From contig NC_086109.1 of the NCBI RefSeq assembly GCF_963921235.1, positions 19,594,001 through 19,658,000 on the forward strand: a stretch of 64,000 nt of DNA, in the 5' to 3' direction. Position 1 is the stretch's first letter. Every line of letters starts with the position of its first letter. Below the pieces are notes generated by a model. That model saw nothing but the letters and a program-made list of their open reading frames with translations. It had not been told where the DNA came from and searched no databases. Shown here piece after piece: positions 1 to 12,428 of the stretch. The position numbers and the translations under genes were made by a program. Origin of the DNA: Mobula hypostoma. Taxonomy: Eukaryota.

Positions 1-29
1 GTCTTGTGATTGTAAAAAAAACATTAAAA

Positions 30-660
30 AATTTTGAATTATTGTCACGTGTACCAAGATAGAGTTTCTTGCAAAATGTGCTTACAAATCAAACCATTAC
101 ACGTTGCATTGAGCTACAATAAGGTAAGCAAAAAAAAACAATGCACATAAAGTGCAAAAGCTAAGAGAAAGTACATTACAGGTAAGCTGTAATGTACAAG
201 ACCATAACTATGTAGATTGTGAGGACAAGCCTCCATCTTATCATATAAGAGATCTGTTCACGTGTCTGATTAACAGTGAGATAGAAGCTGTCCTTGAGCC
301 TGGTGCCTAACAGGAGAAGGGAAAAGGGAGAATATCCAGTGTGCATGGGGTTTTTAATTATGTTGGTTGCTTTACTGGTTCAGTGAGAAGTGTAGACAGG
401 GTCTATAAAGAAAGGCTGGTTCCTCTGATGTGCTGAGCCGTACCTACAACGCTCTGCAGTTTTTTGCAGCCGCATGCAAAGCAGTTGCCATACCAAGCCA
501 TTATGTTTCCAAGCAGACTGCTTTCTATGTGGAATGATAAAAAATGGTAAGCGTACATGGCAAATTTCTTTAGCCTCCTGAGGCAGTAGAGGTGTTGGTG
601 AGCCAGGACCAATTGTGATTGTGATTGTGATTGTGATTGTGACCAGGACCGGCTGTTTGT
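30..660 (-). mobile_element. Rex1/Babar-type LINE 3' fragment, degenerate
   Basis: The minus ORF 403..684 contains AHQHLYCLRRLKKF...IESSLLGNIMAWYGNC...KKLQSVVGTAQHI, the C-terminal RT-region signature also seen at 7176, 17815 and 45988. Confidence 0.75.
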
Positions 661-1056
661 GGTTGGACTAAGATAGACTGGCAATGTTCACATAGTTATT
701 CATCTTCAAATTCTGTTATTTTGATGAAACAAGACCTACTCCCAATTAGCACTGGAACCAAAAGCAATTTTCTACGTCCTACACCCATTTCCAACCTCCC
801 CCCATGTTCTTCATCTGTCTGTTATTAGTCTGATACATGGAAATATTACTATCTCAAGCGGTCTGTATTGTTTTCAACTCATGCACTGTATTCCTTTCAG
901 CTGTCAAGAATATGATTAATGTTCTAATGTTCATCCTGGATTATTAGAAATGAAAATGAAAATTGCCTTGAAAACTCTATTCTCCTCTCTATTCTGTCCC
1001 TGCCCTGATTTTAATCCTTCAATTTGACTTTTCTGAAATTTCCAGTATTGATTTGA

Positions 1057-1751
1057 CACTCAGTGGCCACTTTATTTGGTACAGGAGGTATCTACTAAAA
1101 TGGCACGTGATTGTACCTTTCTTTGTATGTTCATGGTCCGCTGCTGCTACTGTAGGCCATCCACTTCAAGGTTCGACATGTTGTGTGTCCAGAGATGCCC
1201 TTCTGCACACAACTGTTGTTTATTTATTTTATTTTATTGAGAGGTAAAATAACATATATCTAATCAGCCAATCATGTGGTAGCAGCTCAATGCATAAAAG
1301 CATGCAGACATGGTCAAGAGGTTTGGTTGTTGTTCAGACCAAATGTCAGAATGAGAAAGAAACGTGATCTAAGTGACTTTTACTGTGGAGTGATTGTTGG
1401 TGCCAGATGGGGCAAATTGAGTATCTAGGAAACAGAGGATCTCCTAGGATTTTCGCACTCCACAGTCTAGAGTTTACAGTGAATGGTGTGAAAAGCAAAA
1501 AACATCCAGTGAGCAGCATTTCTGTGGATGAAAATGTTTTGTCAATGAGAGAGGTCAGAGGAGAATAGCCAGACTGGTTCAAGCTGACAGGAAGGTGACA
1601 GTAACTCAAATAACCACACATTACAACAGTGGTGTGCAGAAAAACATCTCTGAACACACAATGCGTTAAATCTTAAGTGGATGGGCTACAGCAGCAGAAG
1701 ATCACAAACATACAGAAAACTACCTGCACCTAATAAAGTAGCCACTGAATG
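1057..1751 (+). mobile_element. Tc1-like DNA transposon deletion derivative with about 29-bp terminal inverted repeats
   Basis: Left TIR CACTCAGTGGCCACTTTATTTGGTACAGG (1057-1085). Right TIR CCTGCACCTAATAAAGTAGCCACTGAATG (1723-1751). The interior resembles a decayed Tc1 transposase N-terminus; there is no intact ORF. Confidence 0.8.
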
Positions 1752-1829
1752 AATACTTTAATCAGTACTCTGCTCCAAGGTAATTTTTTTAAAAAACAGT
1801 GTATCCAGTTCCTTCTTAACAGTGAAGTG

Positions 1830-2520
1830 CTCTGTCCTGATGAATATTCTTTATAACCTCTCCACTGCAATCACATGCTTCCTCTAATGGGGTGAATTGA
1901 ACAGTATTCAAGCTATGGTCCAACCAATATTAAAATTGTAATAGAAACACTCTGCTATTACATTGCCTGCCCTAGCTAATCAAGGCAAGTATCCTGAATG
2001 CCTTCTTCATTACCTTATTAGCTCTGCAGCCATCTTCAAGGGACATATACACCAAGGTCCCTCTGTTCTTCAATACCCCAGGGCCCAACCACACATTGTC
2101 CTATCCTTATTAGTCCTTCTAAGGTGCATCACCTTCTACACATCCGGATTAAATTCCATCTGCCATTACCCTGCTCATTTAATCAACTGATCAATATCTT
2201 CCTGTAACCAAAGACTATCATAATAACTATAAACACCACTCCTTCTTATGTCATCTGTAAGCTTAGAAATCAGACTTCCTATATTCATATCCAATTCATT
2301 ATATAACAAGCAGCATAGGACTCAGCATTGATTCCGGTGGTAAACTACAGTCCACAGGCTTTCAGTCTCAAAACCTCCAACATTATCCTCTACCCTCTAT
2401 TACTAAGGCAATTTTGGATCGAATTTGCCCAACTGCCCTGGATCCTGTGAGCTTCAGTCTTTCAAACAATTTCTCATGTGTGACTTTGTCAATATCTTAC
2501 TGAAGTCCTTGAACTGCTAT
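1830..2520 (-). mobile_element. Old CR1 LINE RT fragment
   Basis: Degenerate matches to the RT region of younger CR1 copies in this window, e.g. aaattccatctgccat, tgtcatctgtaagctt and actttgtcaatatcttactgaagtcc. Confidence 0.65.
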
Positions 2521-2538
2521 GTTCTCATTGATACCTTT

Positions 2539-2909
2539 CATCATCATCATTATGTGCTGTGTTGTATGACGTAGGTGATCATGGCCTATGGCCATGGTTG
2601 TTCTTGTCAAATTTTTCTGCAGAAGTGGTTTGCCATTGCCTTCTTCTGGGTAGTGCCTTTATAAGACAGGTGACCCCAGCTATTATCAATACTCTTCAGA
2701 GATTGTCTGCCTGGTGTCAGTGGTCGCATAACCAGCACTAGTGATATGCACCAGGTGCTCATACGATCGTCCACCACCTGCTCCCATGACTTCACATGAC
2801 CCTGATCAGGGGGCTAAGCAGGTTTGACGCCTTGCCCCAGGGTGACTTTCAGGCTAGCAGAGGGAAGGAGCGCCTTACAACTCCTTTGGCAGAGAGGTAC
2901 CTCCACCCC
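2539..2909 (-). mobile_element. RTE-dependent non-autonomous retroelement (BovA/Sauria-SINE-like)
   Basis: The minus strand contains GAAGAAGGCAATGGCAAACCACT, which resembles the RTE/BovB 5' motif. It ends in an (ATG)n tail like the RTE at 24853-25325. Confidence 0.6.
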
Positions 2910-3456
2910 ATCACTCAGTGGATGCATATACTCCTTCAAAAAATCCAAATTGTTCAGACAGGATCTTCTCCTAACAAAGCCAAGATAACTATCTTTAATT
3001 CTGCCTTTCCAAGTTCAGATTAATTCTGTCCCTCGGACTTCTTTGCCCAGGCTTTTCCCTGTCATGGACTTTAGAATGACAAGTTTGCAGTTATCAGCCT
3101 TACCTTGCAGAGGCATCACACCTGCTGTAGGCACATGAATACGCAGAAAATATGGGAATATGTGTCATTAGTTCAGTTGGTTGGACACAACATTGCGGGC
3201 TGAAGGGCCTGTTCCCATGTTGTATTGTTCTACATTTTATTTTCCATCTGGTTAATGTTTCAGGTCAAAGATCCTTCATCAAAACTCAGTAAGAGAGCAA
3301 ACAAGTTGGACTAAGTAGGAGAGAAGTTGAATAGAACAAAGAGAATGTCAGTAATAGACAGAAATGAAGGTACCAGAGGAGGTACAGATGCAGACACAAT
3401 TAAAATTTTGAACAGGTAGGACATAAAGATAGGAAAGGCAATACAGGCCTAAAGCT

Positions 3457-3880
3457 ACACACATGAAATGCTGGAGAACTCAGCACGTCAGGCAGCATCT
3501 CTGGAAATGAATGAACAATCGACATATCAGGCCGAGGCCCTACTTCAGGACCAGAAAAGAAGTGGGACGATGTCAGAATAAAAAGGTGGGTGTTGGGGAG
3601 GGGAAGGAGGATAGCTGGAAGGTGATAGGTGAAGCCAGATGGATGGGAAAGGTAAAGGGGTGGAGAGGATGGGAGAGGAGAGTGGACCAAAGGAGAATGA
3701 GAAGGGGGAGAGAACCCAGGGGGAGCTGACAGACAGGTGAGAGAGGTAAGAGGCCAGAGTAGGCAATAGAAGAAGAGAAAACGGGAAGGGATTTTTTTTT
3801 ACCAGAAGGAGAAACTGATCTTCATACCATCAGATTGGAGGCTACCCAGACGGAATATAAAGTGTTGCTCTCCATCTCAT
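3457..3880 (-). mobile_element. Penelope-like element 3' end / pseudo-LTR, degenerate
   Basis: Colinear with the better-preserved Penelope end at 18829-19340: the tail, a decayed hammerhead at 3517-3552, the purine tract and the GIY-YIG C-terminal codons. Confidence 0.8.
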
Positions 3881-4239
3881 TTTATCTTGAGAGATTATAC
3901 AGGCCTAATACAGGTAAATGGGACTAGAGTGTATCGGTATTATGGTCAACATGGTTGAAGTGGGTAAGAACCCAGTTTTGTGCTGTACTTTTCTATGGTC
4001 CTGTGGTTCCATGAATGGACAGTTAGGACCCTTTATCTGTGCAATGTGGTGCTAACCTGGTGATGACTAGGTAATGTTGTATAGTCTGGTCTACTGGGAC
4101 ATGATATATAAATAAAAGAAAAAATAGAGAGAATAAAGGGGTGAAAGGAATATCAAGCACAAATGGCTGGTCCAAAGATAACTTGCTCTCTTTCTGTTTT
4201 GTAATCGGGTATATTATTAAAGTCTTATATGACAAATAT

Positions 4240-4553
4240 GTGTGGGCATGTGGCCAAGTGGTTAAGACATTGGACTAGCAACCTGAAGGTCGAGAGTTCA
4301 AGCCCCAACCGAGGCAACATGTGTTGTGTCCGTGAGCAAGGCACTTAATCACACATTGCTCTGCGATGACACTGGTGCCAAGCTGTATGGGTCCTAATGC
4401 CCTTCCCTTGGACAACATTGGTGTCATGGAGAGGGGAGACTTGCAACATGGGCAACTGCTGGTCTTCCATACAACCTTGCCCAGGCCTGTGCCCTGGAGA
4501 GTGAAAACTTTCCAGGCACAGATCCATGGTCTCGCAAGACTAATGGATGCCTT
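4240..4553 (+). mobile_element. tRNA-derived SINE with CORE-like central domain and 12-bp TSD
   Basis: A-box TGGCCAAGTGG, B-box GAGTTCAAGCC and CORE-like GTGTTGTGTCCGTGAGCAAGGCACTTAATC. Perfect TSD TATGACAAATAT at 4228-4239 and 4554-4565. Confidence 0.85.
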
Positions 4554-5549
4554 TATGACAAATATTGAATACCTGATTCCAAAACAGAAAGAGAACAAGT
4601 TATCTGAAGTTGGAGAATTCAATAATGACTTCTGCAGGCTGCAATGTGACCAGATAAAAGAAAAATGAAGTATTGTTCCTCAAGTACTGTACATATTGGG
4701 CCTTGTTATAACAGTGTAGAGGTGGAGTGACATTCATGCCCCTTCTTTGCTATCCTAGTTCATTTAACTTCCCCACCCTACTCATCATATACTTCATATA
4801 AGTGCCTTTCTTTACCTGACATACGCTTCCTTTTTTTTCTCCTTTATCCATGCTCTGTATCCCTTGACCTCAATGGTTCCATGGACATTCTGCCATTTAT
4901 TTTCACTCTCACCAGATTACATTGGCTCGCAATTCTTACCATTACACATTTATAATCTTCCCATTTGATGGTTATAGATCACCTTGCACATAACTGTTCT
5001 TGGTTTAGTTTGGTCAAGTCCTATGTCATGCCTTCCCCAATCCAGGAGTTTAACTTCCGCACTATCCTTATCGCTTTCTCTTGCTGCCTTGAAACTTAAC
5101 GGATTTATGGCCAGTATCTCCAAAGAGCTCTTCCACAGATACTCTAACTATTTGGCCGGCTACATTCCCTAAGATTAGGTCCACAACTGCCCCTCCTCTA
5201 GTAAAGCTATGTATCTACAGACTGGTTCAACAAGCTCTTCAGAACGCACTGTAAAAATACCACACCCTCTGAGCCTTCACACAAAAATGGTCCCAGATGA
5301 TGTTGGGAAGGCAATTCCCTACCACATAACACTATGATTCTTAATCTCCCTATGATTTGTTTATATATCTGCTCCTCTCTCTCTCTCTCAGGATGATTGT
5401 GAAGGGGCCTGTGACACTCTCCTGGCAAAGTAATTGCCCCATCTGTAGGACATCACTGCTTCAAGCTTCTATGATGTACAGTGTTGTTAGTTTATATCAA
5501 AGGCTCAGGGATGAACCTTCAGTTGCTGGAGATTCCAATACCATTCAGA

Positions 5550-6202
5550 TTCCCTAAAGGTTAACTTGCAGGCTGAGTTGGTGATAGGAAGTCAAAAGCA
5601 ATGATAGCATTCATTTCAACAGGATGAGAATATAAAAGCAAGGATTTAATGCTGAGGCTTTATAAGGCATTGATTAGCCTATGCTTTGAGTATTGTGAGC
5701 TGTTTTGGGCCCCTTATCTAAGGGACAGTGTGTTGGCATCGGGGAGGGTCCAGAAGCAGTTCACAGGAATGAAAGGGTTAACTTATGAGGAATGTTTAGT
5801 GGCTCTGAGTCTGTATTCACTGGAGTTTAGAAGAATGATTTCATTGAAACCTATTGAATATTGAAATGTCTAGATAGAGTGAACATGAAGGGGATGCTTA
5901 CTAAATTGGGAGACTCTGGAACAAAAAGGCCCAGCCTCAAAATGCAATGCCATCCCTTTGGAACAAAGATAAGGAGGAATTTCTTTAGCAAGAGAGTGAT
6001 GAATCTGTGGAATTCATTACTGCAAACAGCTGTGGAGGCCAAGTCATTGGATCTATTTAAAGTGGAGATTGATACGTTCTTGATTAGTAAGGGCATCAAA
6101 GGTTACAGGAAGAAGGCATGAGAATGGGATTGAGAAGGATAACAAATCAGCCATAATGGAATGGGCTGAATGGCCTATTCTGCTCCTATATCTTATGGTC
6201 TA
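5550..6202 (+). mobile_element. CR1 LINE 3' end
   Basis: ORFs 5649..5864 and 5861..6121 give the CR1 ORF2 C-terminus (LYKAL...EYC...WAPYL; RRNFF...RVMNLWNSL). The 3' stem-loop GGGCTGAATGGCCT and the TCTTATGG tail follow. Confidence 0.85.
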
Positions 6203-6702
6203 AGATGGTTAGTAACACAAACTGGATCTTGTGTAAGTTTGGACCATAGAGCTTATTTTCCAGTGGAGTGATTGGAAAATTCTTTTACAAATCAGCAATA
6301 ATCTGGAGACCCAGGCGATGATATTCAAACTCAACAGACAGTGTTCATTTTGTGTATGCTGCCAATGCTTTTTGGAATCACAGCAATGGTGATGCTCAGA
6401 ATAGACAGACAGTGATGATAGCAATATGCTAATAATGATGTTCTGGGAGTATGGAGAGAGTAACTTTTGGCACAATTTTCAGACTGTGCTTTTTTGTTGT
6501 CTGTGGAGCCAAAGGTTCATGAAGGCTGTGACTTCCATTGGGAGAGTTATTTTCAGCATGCGTGGACCGCTTTTCAGAGTATACTGACTGTGAGTTTCTG
6601 CCATTCGGACAGCAACTCCAGTTATATATCCAAGGAAGCAAAATTTGCCTGCCTTCATCACATTTTGGCAAACAGAAGAAACATATTGGCCAACTTCCAT
6701 TA

Positions 6703-7775
6703 CATAGAACGTAGAACAGCAATAGGCCATTCAGCCCACAATGTTATGCTCAACTAATTAAGCTAATGTTATCTAATTAACCTAATCTTTTCTGCCTGTG
6801 TATGGTCTATTTTCCTCCGTTCTTTGCATACTCATGTGCGTAAGACCATCCGAAAAGCCTCTGTCATATCCACCTCTACCACCACCCTGACAGCACTTTC
6901 AAGGCACCTACTGCTCAGTGAATAAACAAGACTTGCCCTGCATATTGCCTTTGAATTTACCCACCACTCTCACCTTAAATGCATGCCCTCTAGTATTGTA
7001 CATTTCAAGCCAGGGAAAATTATACCATCTGCCTATTCTATCCGTATCTCGTGTGATTTTATAAACTTCAATCAATCCGGACCCTCCTCAGCCTCCAGCA
7101 CTCCAGAGAAAACAATCATAGTTTGTCCAACCTTTCCTTATAGCGGAATTCCTCACTAATTTTTATAGATGCACTGTGGAAAGCATTCTTCTAGGGTGCA
7201 TCACAACCTGGTATGGAAGTTGTCCTGTCCAAGACCAGAAGAAGCTGCAGAAGATCTTGAACACGGTGCAGCACATCACACAAACCAATCTTCAGTCCTT
7301 GGACTCACTTTACACCACACGCTGTCGGAGCAGTGCTGCCAGGATAATCAAGGACGTGACCCACCCAGCCAACACACTTTTCGTCCCTCTTCCCTCCAGG
7401 AGAAGGCTCAGGAGCTTGAAGACTCATATGGCCAGATTTGGGAACAGCTTATTTCCAACTGTGATAAGACTGCTGAACGGATCCTGACCCAGATCTGGGC
7501 CGTACCCTTCAAATATCCGGACCTGCCTCTCGGAATTTTTGCACTACCTTACTTTCCCTTTTCTATTTTCTATTTATGATTATAATTTAAATTTTTATTA
7601 TATTTACTATCAATTTGTAGTCCAGGGGGCGCAAAGCACAGAATTAAATATTGTTGTGATGATTGTACGCTCTAGTATCATTGTTTGGCGACAATAAAGT
7701 AAAGTAAAGTAAACTAGCACATGCCTTCTAATCCTGATAAACCTCTTCTGCAGCCTCCCCAAAGTCTGCTTTTCT
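6703..7775 (-). mobile_element. CR1 LINE 3' end interrupted by a Rex element
   Basis: The tail catagaacgtagaac and the stem aggccattcagccca are present. The sequence resumes after 7714 (tagcacatgccttctaatcc). Confidence 0.75.
7145..7714 (+). mobile_element. Rex1/Babar LINE, 5'-truncated and relatively young
   Basis: ORF 7176..7487 (ESILLGCITTWYGSC...HPANTLFVPLPSRRRLRSLKTHMARFGNSLFPTVIRLLN), a 3' UTR and a (TAAAG)n tail. TAGC occurs on both sides. Confidence 0.85.
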
Positions 7776-8776
7776 TTTCCTGGCAAAGTTGTGTGCTTAG
7801 CACAACAACTCTAAAGTAATCTCAATCCTGCACCTGCACCTGGGAGAAGATGATGGTCAAGCACACAGGTCTGTGATTTCCCTTGAGGAACAAACTGAAG
7901 ACCACTTGAGAAAGTTTAAAGTGCATGATAAAGGAAGTCCTTTCTCCCAACTGGCCAGTTACATGGAACAGAAATAATAGTTGGTTAATCACGGATTGTA
8001 ATTCTGACAATCAGTTAATGAAAGACTGACCTTAGGAAAGAAAACTCCAGTGATTCAGAGGTTTGGAAAACATCGTTCCTATTTCTCTAACCATGTTATA
8101 CTCCCAAATGACAAATTTCAGACCATCCCAATGCATCCCAAAATATTGCTATCTGATAAAAATCTACCCAATTTGAATTTAAATGAATCCATATTCACTG
8201 CTTCTACCAGCTCCCGAGAGAAGCCGTTCCATACACTGGCCACTCGCTCGCTTGAATGATGTTTATGCAAATTGGTTTTGAATTTGAACTTCAAAATGGA
8301 ATCTGACATACTCAGCCAGCAGTCCTCCCTATTCATCATTTCGATGACCGAAGAGTAGCTCATGAATTTTCATTGAACATTAAAGGGGAAAGGTCAAATC
8401 ATCTCAGCGGAGGCCAACCCTGGATAAACCACAGGTCAGAGAGAAAGTTACAGCTTTCATCTGATAAACATAGGTCCCCAATAGGAGACTTTTAATTGTG
8501 GAATCAAAGTCCAATCGCAATTGCATTCTGTATCTTAGATTGGATTAAGCAAAGAATTGACCAATAAGTAATTTATAGTTTTAAAATAGTTCTTTAATCC
8601 CATTGCATTATGAGAACCTGAATGTCATTTCCTGATTTCAATCCAAGTATTCCTAATAAACATTAGCATCCGTTCTAGGGCAGTAAAAATAAATGAAAGG
8701 AATTGGAGGTTGATATCCCTGCCCGTTATCCCATTGTGTAAACACTGAGCAATGGGTTCATGGATAACTCCCAATT

Positions 8777-9123
8777 AGACTATAAGACCATAAGACATAG
8801 CAGAATTAGGCCATTCAGCCCATCGTCCACTCCAGCATTCCATCATGGCTGATCTTGGATCCTACTCAACCCCATACACCCACCTTTTCACCATATTCTT
8901 CGATGCCCTGACCAATCCAGAAACAATCAAACTCCACCTTAAATATACCCACGGACTTGGCCTTCTCCGCAGTCTGTGGCACAGTGTTCCACAGATTCAC
9001 GACCCTCTGGCTCAAAAAAATTCCTCCTTACCTCTGTCCTAATGGGCCGCCCCTCAATTTTTGAGGCTGTGCCCTCTAGTTCTGGATGGTCCCACCATAG
9101 GAAACATCCTCTCCACATCCACA
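8777..9123 (-). mobile_element. CR1 LINE 3' end
   Basis: (ATAAGACC)n tail, GGCCATTCAGCCC stem and the ORF2 C-terminal peptide SRTRGHSLK. Confidence 0.85.
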
Positions 9124-11470
9124 ATTAATGTTGTAACTTCAATAGACGATCCTCCAAAACTCCAGAGGAGAGCTCTCCATGCAATGTCTTTAGATTTTCC
9201 AAGCACATAAGACGGAAAGCCATTGAAGAATTCAAACATTCGCCATACCCACCTCTGTAATCTTTCCCAGTATACAACACTCCTAGGTCACTGAACCCCT
9301 CCAATTCTGGTGCCTTGATAACTTTGTACTTTAAACACTCCAAGACTGGTGACCATCTCTTGAGGCACCTGTCTCCTTAGCTCTAGAAGACTCTTGCTAT
9401 TCTGTATTAGTCTTCTCCTGCTGGCTGCTTCCTGAAATCTATTCATTTGCACCAGCTTCTTGACCATCATTCCCAATTCCTCCTTCTATACTCTGATGCT
9501 GAAGTTTGTTTGATGACCTCTACATGGTTGGTGCTATGTTTGAATGAGAATGACCATCCGGGTGGCCTGTAAAATGAGACTCGATAGGCTAGGCCTTTTC
9601 CTTGGAGCCTAGGAAGCCAAGCGGTGACCTTATAGCAGTTTATAAAATCATGGATAAGGTGAACGTTCACAGTCATTTCCCCAGTGCAGGGGCCTTGGCA
9701 ACTAGAGGGCATCGGTTTAAAGTGAGAGGCAAAAGATTTCAATAGGACCTGAGAATCAAATTTTTCACACAGAGGGTGGAGAGTATATGGAATAAGCTAA
9801 GTGGTAGACAGCAGGTAAAATTACAATGTTTAAATGGTACTTGGACAGTTACAGGTACTTAAATAGGAACGGTTTAGATAGATATGGGCCATATGCAGGC
9901 AAGTGTGACTAGCAATTATAGTTGGCACAGACGAGTTGAATCGACGCACTGTAAAAGTCCATGACTCTATTACTGTATGACCACAGGAACTTATTTTTTT
10001 AATATACTGTAATTACATGAGATTTTTCCCATCCTGCTGAAGTTAAGCAAGAGAGGAAACCTTCACACTCAACCTCCTTCGTTGTCAGTTAAGTTGAAAA
10101 CAGGACTTCTGACCAACAAGTGCTCATTCTCGTTAGTGTGCCCTTGATTAGAAAGGCTAAGTCTCCATTGTGCATCTCCATTGTGGCTAACACCCAAATA
10201 CTTCACAAGGACACCGGGTGAGAATGGGTGACAGTGTTGCCTCAGGAATATTTGCCAGTCAATGCCGACGGTCTAGGTAGGCAGGATAACAATGTGCACA
10301 TGGGATAGCTGCACAAGGGCTACCAGCATGACACCCGCCAGGAATAATTGTCAGCTTCTGGGAAATAAGATCGGGAAAGGAAAAAGAGAAACAATCACAT
10401 CGCAAAGCTCTCATATTGTAATAGCAGAGTGCTCAATGCCCACGTGATTTCTTCTACCAAGTAGCAAATTTATTCCAACAGAATGACCTTCACTTGTTTG
10501 TGCAATTACAGCACAAATAAACAAAAACAAACAAAATGTTAAAGTTGTTCTGAGGCAATGCATTAACCAGATTATCATTAACAAAAACACCAGGGCCAAA
10601 AACTGTTGAATCTTGTGAGATAAAGCAAAGGTCAAATTTAGTTGATTTATGTAAATATAATAAGCAAAGTAACAGCTCAGCCTTAAGTGAGTCACTCACT
10701 TCTGTATTTGTTCGAGTATGAATCACCTCTTAGGGCATTGCACGGGGACAAGGCAGAAATGGAAACGACACTGACTCCCACACTGGGAGGAAGAGAAACC
10801 CATGGCAGCTCTGTCACACTATTCAACGCTACCTGTTGTTGAGATACAGGGGAAACCCTGCTATCATTTGTCACTTCCTTCTCCAGTGCTGTATCTCATC
10901 TTCCTACAAGACCATCCTCCTCCCTGCACCTTCCCTGTGAGATGTTTGGTATCCCTTTCAGAGAACTTCATGATTTAAACTTCTATCTACCTCCAGGTGA
11001 GTTTAAATATTCCATAGATCATACTCTGTAGAAGAAAAAGGGAGTTCTCTTCAGTATCGTCTCCAACTTTTACCCCTTTATCCCTGACTGATCACGAAAC
11101 TATCAATTTCACTTTAAATATACCCACAGCTTTGGCCTCCACTGCAGTCTGTGGCAGAGGGTTCTACAGCTTCACTACACCCTGGCTAAAAAAAAAAATT
11201 ACTCCTTACCTCTGTTCTAAAGGGTCACCCCCCCTAATTTTGAGGCTGTGCCCTCTAGTTCTGGATACCGCCACCATAGGACACATCCTCTCCACATCCA
11301 CCTTATCTAGTCCTTTAAACATTTGGTACGCTTCAATGAGACTCCCCCCTCATTCTTCTAAATTCCAGTGGGTACAGGCCCAAAGCTACAACGCTCCTCA
11401 TATGTTAACCCCTTCATTCGTGGAATAATCCTCATGAACCTCCTCTGGACTCTCTCCAATGACAGCACAT

Positions 11471-12428
11471 CCAATATGGGTGGAAGTCAGGAACAGGAAG
11501 GGAGCAGTTACTCTACTGGGGGTATTCTATAGGCCCCCTTGTAGCAGCAGAGATACCGAGGAGCAGATTAGGAGGCAGATTTTGGAAAGGCGCAAAAATA
11601 ACAGGGTTGTTATCATGGGTGACTTAAACTTCCCTAATATTGATTGGCACCTAATTAGTTCCAAGGGTTTAGATGGGGCAGAGTTTGTTAAGTGTGTCCA
11701 GGATGGATTCCTGTCACAGTATGTGGACAGGCTGACTAGGGGGAATGCCATACTAGATCTAGTACTAGGTAATGAACCAGGTCAGGTCACAGATCTCTCA
11801 GTGGGTGAGCATCTGGGGGACAGTGACCACCACTCCCTGGTCTTTAGCATTATCATGGAAAAGGATAGAATCAGAGAGGACAGGAAAATTTTTAATTGGG
11901 AAAAGGCAAATTATGAGCCTATAACGCTAGAACTTGCGGGTGTGAATTGGGATGATGTTTTTACAGGGAAGTGTACTATGGACATGTGGTTGATGTTTAG
12001 AGATCTCTTGCAGGATGTTAGGGATAAATTTGTCCCGGTGAGGAAGATAAAGAATGGTAGGGTGAAGGAACCATGGGTGACAAGTGAGGTGGAAAATTTA
12101 GTCAGGTGGAATAAGGCAGCATACATGAGGTTTAGGAAGCAAGGATCAGATGGGTCTATTGAGGAATATAGGGAAGCAAGAAAGGAGCTTAAGAAGGGGC
12201 TGAGAAGAGCAAGAAGGGAGCATGAAAAGGCCTTGGCGAGTAAGGTAAAGGAAAACCCCAAGGCATTCTTCAATAATGTGAAGAAAAAAAGGATGACAGG
12301 AGTGAAGGTAGGACGGATTAGAGATAAAGGTGGGAAGATGTGCCTGGAGGCTGTGGAAGTGAGTGAGGTCCACAATGAGTACTTCTCTTCGGTATTCACC
12401 AATGAGAGGTAACTTGATTATGGTGAGG
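11471..12428 (+). mobile_element. CR1 ORF2 fragment (AP-endonuclease C-terminal half and tether)
   Basis: Open 317-codon frame with GVFYRPP, MGDLNFP, TRGNAILDLVL and LGDSDH APE motifs. Confidence 0.9.

Noticed and set aside
603..650. (TGTGAT)n between two CCAGGACC repeats, considered as a CRISPR-like or telomeric array
   Set aside because: It is a short microsatellite inside a Rex fragment, with no spacers and no TTAGGG.
4240..4312. Possible tRNA gene
   Set aside because: The A and B boxes run on into a SINE body bounded by a TSD, with no clean cloverleaf or terminator.
9125..9560. Protein-like minus ORFs (ECLKYKVIKAPELEGFSDLG...)
   Set aside because: The sequence resembles the antisense of a decayed L2-type LINE 3' region, and the frames do not join.
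10802..11003. Plus-strand ATG (CCCATGG) with a later CAG|GTGAGT donor
   Set aside because: The frame stops before the donor, and the donor sits in what looks like a decayed CR1 3' remnant.
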